Below are positions 54,859 through 64,000 of a stretch of 64,000 bases of DNA, piece by piece (positions within the stretch are counted from its first letter, which is position 1; each line of letters starts with the position of its first letter). The position numbers and the translations under genes are program-made. The stretch comes from Oceanispirochaeta sp. (lineage in GTDB: Bacteria > Spirochaetota > Spirochaetia > DSM-2461), in assembly GCA_963663385.2 (NCBI GenBank), contig CAXXXD010000004.1, forward strand, positions 256,001-320,000, given 5' to 3'. Below the pieces are notes generated by a model, which saw nothing but the letters and a program-made list of their open reading frames with translations, made no database searches and had not been told where the DNA came from.

Positions 54859-55712
54859 AAAATATAACCCCAATTGTAGTTTTTATTTATCTTTTTCTTT
54901 GCATATTGATCTAAGAAGCCATTTTCAACCATATTAATTTTACCAGCATTTGATGATGGATGAACTTCTCCTGCTTCTGTAACTGTCGTAACATGATCGT
55001 AAACACCATCACCATCCCAATCATAAAAGTTTTGAGAACCCACTCCACCATTTCCCGGTTTCAGTAGGTTAGGATCATTGGCCATTTCATCAGCAGTTCG
55101 ATCACCAATACCAACACCACTTACTGTTTCAGCTGAAATCATAGATGTCGAAGAACAGTCTAATCCTTGTCCTTCAGGTGATGGAGTTTCTCCACCAGAA
55201 TGATAATTACCACCTACAAACGATTTCGCTGTTTCGGCCAAACCATTGTTAAGGATTTCATCAACCGTTTCAGATATTTCATCATATGCAGCTTCAGTTA
55301 TATTATCCATTATCTCATCTTCAACTGCTTGAATCTGTTCATTAAGCCGATCTATATTTCGGTCATTATCCATACCGGAATTAATCAGATCATCTTTTTT
55401 ATCTTTAAGATCATTTCTTCGATCTTCTCTGCCTTGTGCATCTCTTCTATCTTTTCTATCGCTTTTCTTTTTTTCATATTCCGTATTTCTCTGCTCTCGA
55501 TCTCTTTCATCATCAGCACTATCGCCATCAACACGGCGCATTCCTGTAGGATCGACAAATTTTAGAGGGTTGTTTGATACATAATTGAACCAGTTTTGGC
55601 CGTCTCTAGCCGGGTCTTCCGATATAAACCTTCCGGTCCCCGCATCATACCACCGTGCATTGTAGTAATAGAGTCCGGTATCTTCATCCAGATCCTTTCC
55701 GGTATATTTCAT
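54849..55712 (-). CDS. Short Rhs core plus NlpC/P60-like C-terminal toxin (CT1)
   Basis: YTGKDLDEDTGLYYYNARWYD...VDPTG; tip Y.SGG...GLDCSS...DHV...HPSS. Confidence 0.85.
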   Translation of the reverse strand: MKYTGKDLDEDTGLYYYNARWYDAGTGRFISEDPARDGQNWFNYVSNNPLKFVDPTGMRRVDGDSADDERDREQRNTEYEKKKSDRKDRRDAQGREDRRNDLKDKKDDLINSGMDNDRNIDRLNEQIQAVEDEIMDNITEAAYDEISETVDEILNNGLAETAKSFVGGNYHSGGETPSPEGQGLDCSSTSMISAETVSGVGIGDRTADEMANDPNLLKPGNGGVGSQNFYDWDGDGVYDHVTTVTEAGEVHPSSNAGKINMVENGFLDQYAKKKINKNYNWGYILWD

Positions 55713-57049
55713 TACTTCTCTTGGGATTTACGCTCGGTTTCCTCTTTTCTCTGTTCAGCCATCTCACTGATCCTGCGGGCAAATTCGGGGAAGCGACCCA
55801 GAATCTGGTCGAAGGTTTCCTTGTCGATGGAGTAGCAGTCGCAGTACTCCCTGGCCTTGATGGTGGCGTTACGGGGGGCGCTGAAGAGAAGGGCAATCTC
55901 CCCGAAGAACGAGCCGGCGCCCAGGGTGGCATAGACAATTTTTTCGTCTTCCGAAACAACATCAACCGATCCCCGGCTGATAAAGTACATCTCGTAGCCT
56001 ATCTCACCCTTGATCACCACATAGTCTCCAGGCGTAAAGACAACCGGCTGCAGGTTCAGGATAATGTCTTTAATAAACTCTTCCGACGTCCCCTGAAAGA
56101 GGGGTACCTTCTGAATAATATCCCGGTTCAGAAAGAGGGAAACCGAAGTCTGAAGCGGTTTGGGCAGGTCCGTCAGGATGGATGATTCGTCATAGCCCCG
56201 GCGGCTCTCCCACAGGTAGTCGTAGTAGTCGTTTATCTTGTCCTTCAGGTCCGAGGGAATATGCTTGTACTTCATGAAGGTGGTGATTTTTTCCATCTTT
56301 TCCTGATACTGGGACTTGGCGATATCTATATTGGCAATGATATTGGCAATATTACCAATAATAAAACCGTACATACCGGCACCGATCAGCTCGACGATTA
56401 TAATAAATATTATCTGTGCATTGTTGGTCTGGTCCGGAGTGATATCACCGTATCCAATGGTCGTAAGCGTTGTAACCGTCCAGTAGAAGGATACAATATA
56501 GCGGTTCAGCCGGGTATTGTCTCCCAGGCCTCCGGTAATATAAATCCAGCCGCAGGAAATCAGATGAGCTGCGATGAGAATCCAGAAAATCAACAGAGCC
56601 ATCCGGATAAAACTCGGATTCATCTTTTTGTTGTTGCGGATCCGGCTGATCATCCTTCCTATACGGAAGAGCTTCACCAGCCTCAGCAGATTGGCGTAAA
56701 GCGCAATCTCCAGTATAAGGGGATGGTTGAACAGGGTCAGGACCATATACAGGGGGAGAGCCGCCACTATATCCAGGGGCAGGTCCCGTTTTCTGTATAG
56801 CTTGAAAATAATCTCTTTATTGTCGAAATACTCCCGCTGGTCGTAAAAGCCCGTATGGGATTCCAGATAGATATCGAGGATGAAGATCATGGAGATCAGG
56901 AAATCGAAAAGGAGAAGGCGTCCCCTCATGGGGATACGGAATACCGTAGTCAGGGGGACGATTATGGTAATAGTTATGGTCAATAACAGGATGAACGTAT
57001 CCCAGGCAATCTTTTTTCTGCTGTTTGGATTGATAATTTGAAATTCCAT
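55712..57049 (-). CDS. Cyclic-nucleotide-gated K+ channel (SthK-like)
   Basis: S4 LLRLVKLFR, filter TTIGYGD, C-linker, CNBD FFGEIALL...PRNAT. Confidence 0.92.
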   Translation of the reverse strand: MEFQIINPNSRKKIAWDTFILLLTITITIIVPLTTVFRIPMRGRLLLFDFLISMIFILDIYLESHTGFYDQREYFDNKEIIFKLYRKRDLPLDIVAALPLYMVLTLFNHPLILEIALYANLLRLVKLFRIGRMISRIRNNKKMNPSFIRMALLIFWILIAAHLISCGWIYITGGLGDNTRLNRYIVSFYWTVTTLTTIGYGDITPDQTNNAQIIFIIIVELIGAGMYGFIIGNIANIIANIDIAKSQYQEKMEKITTFMKYKHIPSDLKDKINDYYDYLWESRRGYDESSILTDLPKPLQTSVSLFLNRDIIQKVPLFQGTSEEFIKDIILNLQPVVFTPGDYVVIKGEIGYEMYFISRGSVDVVSEDEKIVYATLGAGSFFGEIALLFSAPRNATIKAREYCDCYSIDKETFDQILGRFPEFARRISEMAEQRKEETERKSQEK

Positions 57050-57174
57050 ATTAATTTATTATCGGAGAAGAGCCTTTTTATCTCCATTCTTTTTCATCAG
57101 AGCTTTATGGGAAATTCATAGTATGCTGTAATACAGTAAGGTTTATATTCATTTAAGCGGCAGGGAGAGGAAAA

Positions 57175-57690
57175 ATGGTGGAAAGAAGTACCGGGGAAGA
57201 GATCTTCGACCGGGTAGACAGGGACGACCGGGTTATCGGAAAAGTGTTAAGGAGCGAGGCCCATGGCAATCCGGATCTGATACACCGGGTGGCTCATGTG
57301 CTTGTATTTGATTCATCGGGGGAGCTCTTTCTGCAGAAGCGGGGAAAGCATAAGGATGTGCAGCCTGGTAAGTGGGATACCTCCGTAGGGGGGCATGTGG
57401 ACGCAGGGGAATCCTATGATGCCGCAGCTCTGCGGGAGATGCGGGAAGAGCTGGGAATCGATGGCGCTGCCGTGGAATTTCTGTATAAATACCTTCATCG
57501 GAATGAGTATGAGTCGGAATACGTCTGTACCTACCGCTGCATCTGGGACGGCCCGATAGAGATTCATCCGGATGAGATTGACGAAGGACGCTTCTGGACC
57601 CTGAAGAGTATCCGCAGCAGCAGCCCCGATCACTTCACACCCAATTTTCTGGATGAACTGGAACGGTTCAGTCAATTCTCCCAGTTCTAG
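57175..57690 (+). CDS. NUDIX hydrolase (YfcD/Idi-like)
   Basis: GGHVDAGESYDAAALREMREELG. Confidence 0.9.
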   Translation: MVERSTGEEIFDRVDRDDRVIGKVLRSEAHGNPDLIHRVAHVLVFDSSGELFLQKRGKHKDVQPGKWDTSVGGHVDAGESYDAAALREMREELGIDGAAVEFLYKYLHRNEYESEYVCTYRCIWDGPIEIHPDEIDEGRFWTLKSIRSSSPDHFTPNFLDELERFSQFSQF

Positions 57691-57697
57691 GAGCCAG

Positions 57698-57751
57698 AAA
57701 AAAACCGCCCTCCTCAGTACCCCGAGCGTAGTCGAGGGGGGAGGGGGCGGT
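57698..57751. repeat. REP-like repeat copy 3 within a terminator-like hairpin between convergent genes
   Basis: ACCGCCC...GGGCGGT stem enclosing CCCGAGCGTAGTCGAGGG; A-run gives a U-tract for pckG. Confidence 0.7.
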
Positions 57752-57777
57752 CCGATTATCAAGCTGAAAAGCTTAAA

Positions 57778-59667
57778 TTAACCTTTGTAGTCACCGGGTT
57801 TGATTTCATCACCGTATTTTTCTTTAACGGCTTTGTATTTGGCAATAGCTGCATCCCAGTATTCGTTCAGCTCTGCAGGTACGTTGCTGTCTTTGCTGGC
57901 AAAGAATTTTTTGGTTCTTTCCAGTTTCTCGATCAGTTTGGTACAGCGGAAGGTGAACAGGTAGGTATATTTCTCTTCGTTGAATCCTTCGTTGGGGAGG
58001 AACTCATCGAAAAGGGCCTGCAGGTCTTCGTACTTGGGGATTTTACCGGAGGGAGTATCGATGGCATCGAATTCGCCGTGGATTCTTCCTTCTGCCCAGT
58101 GTACCCATACTTTCTTGGCCAGCTTGCTGGTCATGAACTCACCCTTGGGACCTCTCATAAAGTAGTTGGTGGAGTAAACCCTGGGTTCTTCTTTCATACC
58201 TTCTACGAACTTGATGTTATTCATGGTGTACTCACCCAGAGGGTAGGATACAAAGTCCATGTTGGCCATGGGAGAAGCAGCTCTTACACCTTCAGCGCCC
58301 AGGGTCGCCGCAGTGGTTTCAGATTCCAGGGTACAGGCTTTCAGCAGGATACCGTCTTTCCATGAGGGAGACTCTTCAACGGGAACGGAAGTATCGCTGT
58401 CACGTCCGCCATAGAGAACACCGGAAACCTTGACACCTTCCTTGGCTTCAAAACCTTCTTTGTCATAGTTTTCCAGGTAATCCAGTCTCATGGTGTACCG
58501 TGAGTTGGGGTGAGCAACGGGAACAACATTACCTTTGTCGTCTTTCATGCCTTCAGTCCATTCTCCGATGTGGTTCAGACCGGATTTGGGAGCCTCAACT
58601 CCCTGACCGAGCCAGTACGGCATTTTGTCGGGACCCTGCAGGATATTGGAGAAGATAACTTCCTGGTTTTTCATACAGTTTTCGAAAATTACGGGATCGT
58701 CTTCTGCGTTAACGTCTTTGATGATACCGAAGATTCCCTGCTCAACGTTTACAGCGCGGAATTCGCCGTCGATTTTGCGGGCATAGATGATATCGTCACC
58801 AACAATCTGTTCGCCGGGGATCATGGCTGTAGCGGTTTTACCACAGGCTGAGGGGTAGGCACCGGAGAAATAGGTTTTTCTTCCGCCCTTTCCGTTACAG
58901 GCCATCAGGAACATGTGCTCACAGAGCCATCCTTCTTCTCCGGCTTTGTTGATAGCCAGTCTCATAGCGTGTTTTTTCAAACCGATGGAGTTACCGGCAT
59001 ACTGGTCATTCATGGAGTAAACGATATTATTCTGGGTATCCATGTAGATCCGTCTCTTATCCAGTTTTACGGTACATCCTCTCTCGTCCAGGGGACCTGC
59101 AGAATGGATGAAACGGAAAAAGTCTTCGCAGCCGGGGTTGTTCAGGAAGTGCTTGTATCCGGCTCTGTAAAGAATGGCTTCGGAATGACATACGTAGGAA
59201 GAGTCCGTAAACTGGATACAGGGTACGGTAAAAGGACTTTCAGCAGGTCCTTCTGTGAAGAATTTCACATAAGTTTCTTTTCCTTCCATATTACCTTTGG
59301 CGATTTCCATTATTTCTTCAAGAGCTTCGTCGTAGGGAAGGGAGTTCATGGCTTTCATTTTTTCCATGTTCTCGGGGTAAACCATGTATCTTGTGTTTAC
59401 CTTGTCACGGGCCTGATCGCCGTAGCCGTCCCAGTGGATGGTCTGTTCAGAGTTTGCCATAGGGAATTCTTCCCCATTCTTAAGTGCGGCAGCTTTGACA
59501 TATTCTTCGTCTTCCTTGCTGTCATCACAAACATAGATAGAGGCGGGGTTACAGTGTTCTGCAAAAGAACCAATAAATTCCATAACCTTTTCATTTTTGA
59601 GGGCTTCCAGTTTTGCAAAACTGGACTCGTTCATTTTGCTTTTCAGCAGATCTGTATACTTGGACAT
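57778..59667 (-). CDS. pckG: Phosphoenolpyruvate carboxykinase (GTP)
   Basis: WLCEHM, AYPSACGKT, VGDDI, AHPNSRY, YGGRD; start reassigned to ATG 59667 after GGAG. Confidence 0.93.
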   Translation of the reverse strand: MSKYTDLLKSKMNESSFAKLEALKNEKVMEFIGSFAEHCNPASIYVCDDSKEDEEYVKAAALKNGEEFPMANSEQTIHWDGYGDQARDKVNTRYMVYPENMEKMKAMNSLPYDEALEEIMEIAKGNMEGKETYVKFFTEGPAESPFTVPCIQFTDSSYVCHSEAILYRAGYKHFLNNPGCEDFFRFIHSAGPLDERGCTVKLDKRRIYMDTQNNIVYSMNDQYAGNSIGLKKHAMRLAINKAGEEGWLCEHMFLMACNGKGGRKTYFSGAYPSACGKTATAMIPGEQIVGDDIIYARKIDGEFRAVNVEQGIFGIIKDVNAEDDPVIFENCMKNQEVIFSNILQGPDKMPYWLGQGVEAPKSGLNHIGEWTEGMKDDKGNVVPVAHPNSRYTMRLDYLENYDKEGFEAKEGVKVSGVLYGGRDSDTSVPVEESPSWKDGILLKACTLESETTAATLGAEGVRAASPMANMDFVSYPLGEYTMNNIKFVEGMKEEPRVYSTNYFMRGPKGEFMTSKLAKKVWVHWAEGRIHGEFDAIDTPSGKIPKYEDLQALFDEFLPNEGFNEEKYTYLFTFRCTKLIEKLERTKKFFASKDSNVPAELNEYWDAAIAKYKAVKEKYGDEIKPGDYKG

Positions 59668-59916
59668 TTCAACTCCTTGAAATTTAAAAAATCCTAATAT
59701 CCCTTTTGTCAGGGAAAAAGCACATTCCCGGTATTTAAATAGTATTTGTGTCAAAAAATCAATTAACAACCATTTGGGGAAATGTGGATTAAATAATATG
59801 ATAGAACCAAATGGAGAGTCAATGAACTGGGTATTTTGATCGATGAATAATTCAGTCTTTTTTTACCCATATCATTTTTTTTCAGATGGAAATCCGATTA
59901 ATAATAGGAATATGCT

Positions 59917-61086
59917 ATGAAATTACCATCGGTTATACGAACCAGGCCCTTTTCCGATTCCTGGTTCTGTTCCAGGTATCAGGTCTCTCCCTACCGGGGA
60001 TGCCGGCACGGCTGTCTGTACTGTGACGGGAGGGCGGAGAAGTATTACGTAGAGGGTTCATTTGATCAGGATATTACCTCACGGGATGATCTGCCCGGCA
60101 GGCTGACCTCGGATATCCGTAAACTAAGGGAAAGAGGGTATGTGTCTCTTGGATCCGGGGTTACCGATGCATATCAGCCTCTCGAAGCGGAGAAAGAGCT
60201 GACCAGGCAAATTGCGTCCATTCTACTGGAATACCGGATTCCTGCGGTTGTACTTACCAAATCCGTACTGGCTCTGCGGGATCTGGACCTCTGGTCCGAG
60301 TTGAGTCGTACTTCGTCATTTCATCTGCTGGTTTCATTTTCAACTCTGAATGAAGAGATTCGGAAGGTTGTCGAACCAAATGCCTCCTCTGTTAATGAGC
60401 GTCTGGATATGATCCGGAGGTTTCGGGACGCCTGTTGTCCTGTCAGTGTTCTGGCTATGCCCCTCCTTCCCGGGATCAGTGACACGGGAGAGGACAGTCC
60501 TCTCAACTTTCCCGAATCTGTCAGGCCGGATTGTATAATGCCCTCTACACTCACTTTAAGGCCCGGCCGGCAGAAAGACCTTTTTCTGGACTGCATCCGG
60601 AAGAACTTTCCGGAGAAACTTCCCCTTTACAAGGACCTGTACAGGGAAAACAGAGCCTCCGGATCGCCTCTTGATAAATACTGCGACTCTCTTTATAGAG
60701 AGACTTCCCGGATCCTTCTGAAAAAGGGAATTCCTCCCATGATTCCGCATCGAATCTGGAAGGGGCATGTTTCTCTGGCTGATGAGATATCCTTTCTTCT
60801 TGCTCATATGGATGTCCTTTATTCCATGCGGAAGGTGGATACAAAGGCATTGAAAAAAGCTCTTCTCTCTTATGAAGCCTGGATTAAAACTATAAGAACC
60901 GATTTTAACCGGAGGCGCTCCCTGAGCAGGGAGTATCTGGATGATCTGATTTTAATGTACAGCCGGAACGGTTCTCTCTCTGATCTTTTCGGTAATGAGA
61001 AACTGGGGCAGTTTTTCAGGGACGTCCTTGAAAAGGGGATGATCCTGGATTATATAAATTGCCGTTTGGATCAGAACTCTCAATAG
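59917..61086 (+). CDS. Radical SAM protein (SplB/Rv2578c-like)
   Basis: PYRGCRHGCLYC, VTDAYQPLE, LTKS...RDLD. Confidence 0.88.
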   Translation: MKLPSVIRTRPFSDSWFCSRYQVSPYRGCRHGCLYCDGRAEKYYVEGSFDQDITSRDDLPGRLTSDIRKLRERGYVSLGSGVTDAYQPLEAEKELTRQIASILLEYRIPAVVLTKSVLALRDLDLWSELSRTSSFHLLVSFSTLNEEIRKVVEPNASSVNERLDMIRRFRDACCPVSVLAMPLLPGISDTGEDSPLNFPESVRPDCIMPSTLTLRPGRQKDLFLDCIRKNFPEKLPLYKDLYRENRASGSPLDKYCDSLYRETSRILLKKGIPPMIPHRIWKGHVSLADEISFLLAHMDVLYSMRKVDTKALKKALLSYEAWIKTIRTDFNRRRSLSREYLDDLILMYSRNGSLSDLFGNEKLGQFFRDVLEKGMILDYINCRLDQNSQ

Positions 61087-61382
61087 GTCTGATGTTTACT
61101 GCTCTTGTCCATATGAAGAGGGACCCACCAGGAATATCCCAGGAGTATCGTCAGTACTGCTATCTGACTGGCGGTGTATTCGTTACACTGGGGCATCTTG
61201 CGGGAAACAAATACAAACTGGAGGATATGCGAAAGCAGAAATAATCCCAGTATCATCAGGTAAGCAATGTTCGGGGAGTTTAAGTTGCAGTAAATTAAAA
61301 GAATCCATGTAGCTAGAACGGCAAACTGATTCAGTTTCCAGAAAATATTCTCATGAAATAACGGCATGTAATATTGCTCCAC
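61080..61382 (-). CDS. Small membrane hypothetical protein
   Basis: Three hydrophobic segments. Confidence 0.5.
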   Translation of the reverse strand: MEQYYMPLFHENIFWKLNQFAVLATWILLIYCNLNSPNIAYLMILGLFLLSHILQFVFVSRKMPQCNEYTASQIAVLTILLGYSWWVPLHMDKSSKHQTY

Positions 61383-61470
61383 TGAACTATATTATGAGGC
61401 ATCAGCTGTTCGACCTCAAAGGAGTAAATACGAATGTTTTGTGAAGATTTCAGGAAGGGGATCTTAAAAA

Positions 61471-62538
61471 TCAGCTATCTTTAATAAATGTGCAGCTGTT
61501 AATCTTAAATCCAATTCCTTCATCCTGTTTGAAATCATCAGAGGTATGGGTCTGAACTTTTAATGTGATATCTTCCGCCTTTACGGTATAAAGGTAGTGA
61601 TTCCCTTTATATAGACGGGATACGATTGTTCCTTTCTGCAGCCCCTCCGAACCGTTTCCTTTTGCCAGGCTTATATTCTCTGGACGAATGATACAGAGAA
61701 CCTGTTCATTCGGGAATCCCGCGCTTTCCGGTATGTTCAGCTTCATCCTCTTGTCACTGCAGAATGAGATGGAGTCTCCATTCTCCACTATCCGGCCTTT
61801 CAGGATGTTTTTCACACCCATGAACTCTGCGGCAAAAGCGCTCTCCGGGTGTCCGTAGATCCGGGTGGGAGAACCCGACTGTATGATTTGTCCTTCGTTC
61901 ATAAGTATAATTCTGTCACTCATGGCCATGGCTTCGGTCTGGTCATGAGTGACATGGATAATCGTAAGGTCCAGGGCTTTCTGTATGGTCCTTATCTCTT
62001 CCTGCATCTCCTCTCTTAATCTGGCATCGAGATTGGAGAGGGGTTCGTCCAGGAGCAGAAGGTCCGGGTTCATGATCAAAGCCCGTCCAAGCGCAACCCG
62101 CTGCTGTTCTCCTCCGCTTAGCTGACCGGGATAGCGGCTTCCCTTTTCTCTCAGGCGAACCAGCTCTAAAATCCGGTTCACCTCCTGTCGTATAAAAGCC
62201 CTGTTTCTTTTATGCATTTTCAGGGGAAACGCCAGATTCTTTTCTACTGTCATATGGGGCCATAATGCATAGTTCTGAAATACCATACCGATATTCCTTG
62301 ATTCCGGCGGCTCATAGAGACCGTTCTCCGGGTCATTCAGCAAATTGCCGTTCAGTTCGATCACACCGCTGTCCGGTGTCTCAATCCCAGCAATGCAGGC
62401 CAATAGAGTGCTTTTCCCGCAGCCGCTCGGACCGAGTATGGCAAGAAGTTCACCCCTCTTTACTGTGAAGCTTGTGCCGTTCAGAGCTGTCACCCTTCCA
62501 TAGGTTTTTTTTGTATTCTTTATTATCAGCTGGTTCAT
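61471..62538 (-). CDS. ABC transporter ATP-binding protein (FbpC/PotA type)
   Basis: GPSGCGKST, LSGGEQQR, LLLDEP; start reassigned to the ATGA overlap at 62538. Confidence 0.92.
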   Translation of the reverse strand: MNQLIIKNTKKTYGRVTALNGTSFTVKRGELLAILGPSGCGKSTLLACIAGIETPDSGVIELNGNLLNDPENGLYEPPESRNIGMVFQNYALWPHMTVEKNLAFPLKMHKRNRAFIRQEVNRILELVRLREKGSRYPGQLSGGEQQRVALGRALIMNPDLLLLDEPLSNLDARLREEMQEEIRTIQKALDLTIIHVTHDQTEAMAMSDRIILMNEGQIIQSGSPTRIYGHPESAFAAEFMGVKNILKGRIVENGDSISFCSDKRMKLNIPESAGFPNEQVLCIIRPENISLAKGNGSEGLQKGTIVSRLYKGNHYLYTVKAEDITLKVQTHTSDDFKQDEGIGFKINSCTFIKDS

Positions 62539-63998
62539 TGCTTTTTCCTTGTCCTTTGAAGCAGGTTTCCTCCGAGAATCAGGAGGATAACGATGATTGC
62601 CAGGGCCGAAGTCATTTCCAGACCGTAAGACTGAGACTGCATTCCGAAGAGCAGAACGCCGACGGTTTCCTGACCGGAGGAGTACAGCATCAGCGATATG
62701 GGGATCTCCCTCAGGGCAATCATCAGACAGATTAAAAATCCTGCTTTGTAGCCGGGGGCAAGCAGGGGGAGCAGTATCCTGAAAAACGTATCGATCTTTG
62801 ATGCCCCGGCAGTTCTGGCCGCATACAGAATATCCCGGCTTTGGGTGGCCAGAAGACCTGAAACCTGTTTCATCACAAGAGGAGTAAACAGCACTGTATA
62901 GGTAATAATAATGGCCATGGGTGTACCGTAGAATTTCAGGGGGGGGCGGTTCCAGGCAAAAATGGCCGCTATGGCCAGAACCGTATTGGGAATAGCCATG
63001 GGCCAGGTCGCTGCCGCTTCCATTATCCGGCTGGGCAGGGAGGGCTGATACTGCCGCATAAGCAGGGCTCCGGTACCGACTGCAGACGCAAGAAGCGCGG
63101 CTGATCCACCGAAGAACAGACTGTTTGCAAAAGCCCGAAGAGCCTTCCCGGAGCCGAACAGAAGCGCCCTGTAATTGTTCAGAGTCAGATACCGCCATTG
63201 TAAAGGCAGTCCCCACCGGAGCAGCAGGGAAGAGAGAAACATGGACAGGATCGGTATCAGACAGGCCAGTGTATAAAACAGAGCAATGCCGACCAGTAAG
63301 GGATACTTCTTTTTCCCCAGAATATTGATGATTTTGGATCTTCCGCCGGATTGAAGGATCCGTTCCTTGTGAAGGATTATTCCCTGAATGCCATGCAGCC
63401 CTGTGGATATGGCAACAAGAAGAAGGGAGAGGGCGGCCGCATCCCCCGTTCGGAGGCTGCTCAGGGCTGAATAGATACCGGTCGGGAGAGTATTGATTCC
63501 CACAGGCAGGCAGAGAAGGGCCGGGACCGCGAAATTCGCAATTGTTCTGGAAAATACCAGAAAACCTGTTGAAAACAGGCTAGGGAGTATCAATGGCAGA
63601 GTTACCGTAACAAAGGCCCGGCTTTGAGTCGCTCCCGACAGAAGGGCTGCTTTTTCAAGGTCCGGGGGTACTTTTTCAAGGGCATTCCTCAGTGAGAGAA
63701 ACATTAATGGGTAGAGGTGGAGGGTCATTACAATAATCACAGCCCGGATCGAGTAGGGGTTGGGGTGAAATGATCCGTTCGGGACCAGGATACGCACAAT
63801 CCGTTCCAGATAACCGTTTCTGCCGAATATCTGCATCCAGGAGAGCGCCAGGATATACGGAGGAATTGTAAAGGAGATAAAGGTGAAAAACTCGATTACT
63901 CCTTTGAATGGAAAATCGGTTTTGACCACCAGCCAGGCCAGTATCCCTCCCAGAACAGAGGATAAAACAAAAACCCCTACAGCTATTTCCAGTGAAGT
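62535..63998 (-). CDS. ABC transporter permease (FbpB type), 5' end outside window
   Basis: Two EAA-like loops (LEKAALLSGA, ILYAARTAGA). Confidence 0.9.
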   Translation of the reverse strand, partial: TSLEIAVGVFVLSSVLGGILAWLVVKTDFPFKGVIEFFTFISFTIPPYILALSWMQIFGRNGYLERIVRILVPNGSFHPNPYSIRAVIIVMTLHLYPLMFLSLRNALEKVPPDLEKAALLSGATQSRAFVTVTLPLILPSLFSTGFLVFSRTIANFAVPALLCLPVGINTLPTGIYSALSSLRTGDAAALSLLLVAISTGLHGIQGIILHKERILQSGGRSKIINILGKKKYPLLVGIALFYTLACLIPILSMFLSSLLLRWGLPLQWRYLTLNNYRALLFGSGKALRAFANSLFFGGSAALLASAVGTGALLMRQYQPSLPSRIMEAAATWPMAIPNTVLAIAAIFAWNRPPLKFYGTPMAIIITYTVLFTPLVMKQVSGLLATQSRDILYAARTAGASKIDTFFRILLPLLAPGYKAGFLICLMIALREIPISLMLYSSGQETVGVLLFGMQSQSYGLEMTSALAIIVILLILGGNLLQRTRKKQ

Positions 63999-64000
63999 CT

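Larger units (their letters stand above)
46500..55670 (-). mobile_element. Integrative element with two tyrosine recombinases and a primase, bounded by Rhs-core direct repeats
   Basis: GCATTGTAGTAATA at 46500-46513 and 55657-55670; homology between the two Rhs cores ends abruptly there. Confidence 0.7.
44350..55712. mobile_element. Accessory island between ftsK and the channel gene (Rhs toxin/immunity pairs, TA systems, recombinase/primase element)
   Basis: Cluster of mobility and conflict genes, AT-rich toxin/immunity segments, two sets of direct repeats. Confidence 0.8.

Noticed and set aside
57980..59697. Several long plus-strand ORFs opposite pckG
   Set aside because: Expected antisense ORFs of a strongly codon-biased gene
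62539..63216. 225-aa extension of the ABC ATPase
   Set aside because: Alternate frame within the permease; the real start is at the ATGA overlap, 62538

Overview
Chromosomal window from a free-living spirochaete-like bacterium (inferred from gene content). It carries housekeeping genes (htpG, aroA, rsmI, flgM, lspA, a MoxR/DUF58/transglutaminase cluster, carD-ispD-ispF-nth, nadE, slt, uppP, ftsK, pckG), tRNA-Ala(GGC) and tRNA-Gly(GCC). An ~11.4-kb accessory island (~44350-55712) lies between ftsK and an SthK-like cyclic-nucleotide-gated channel gene. Its core is an ~9.2-kb element with two tandem tyrosine recombinases, a primase/P-loop fusion, ParA, two small paralogues, an XRE repressor and BrnT/BrnA. 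The element is bounded by direct repeats inside the Rhs core coding motif and appears to have swapped an Rhs toxin tip. Each of the two toxin-immunity pairs is followed by a 58-59-bp attC-like hairpin, a conserved ~100-bp non-coding block and a type II TA pair. The replication operon leader has a symE/SymR-like antisense-RNA layout but no SymE. Outside the island, the main finding is an HD-GYP phosphodiesterase fused to a voltage-sensor-like domain. All calls come from reading motifs by eye; no database searches were run.
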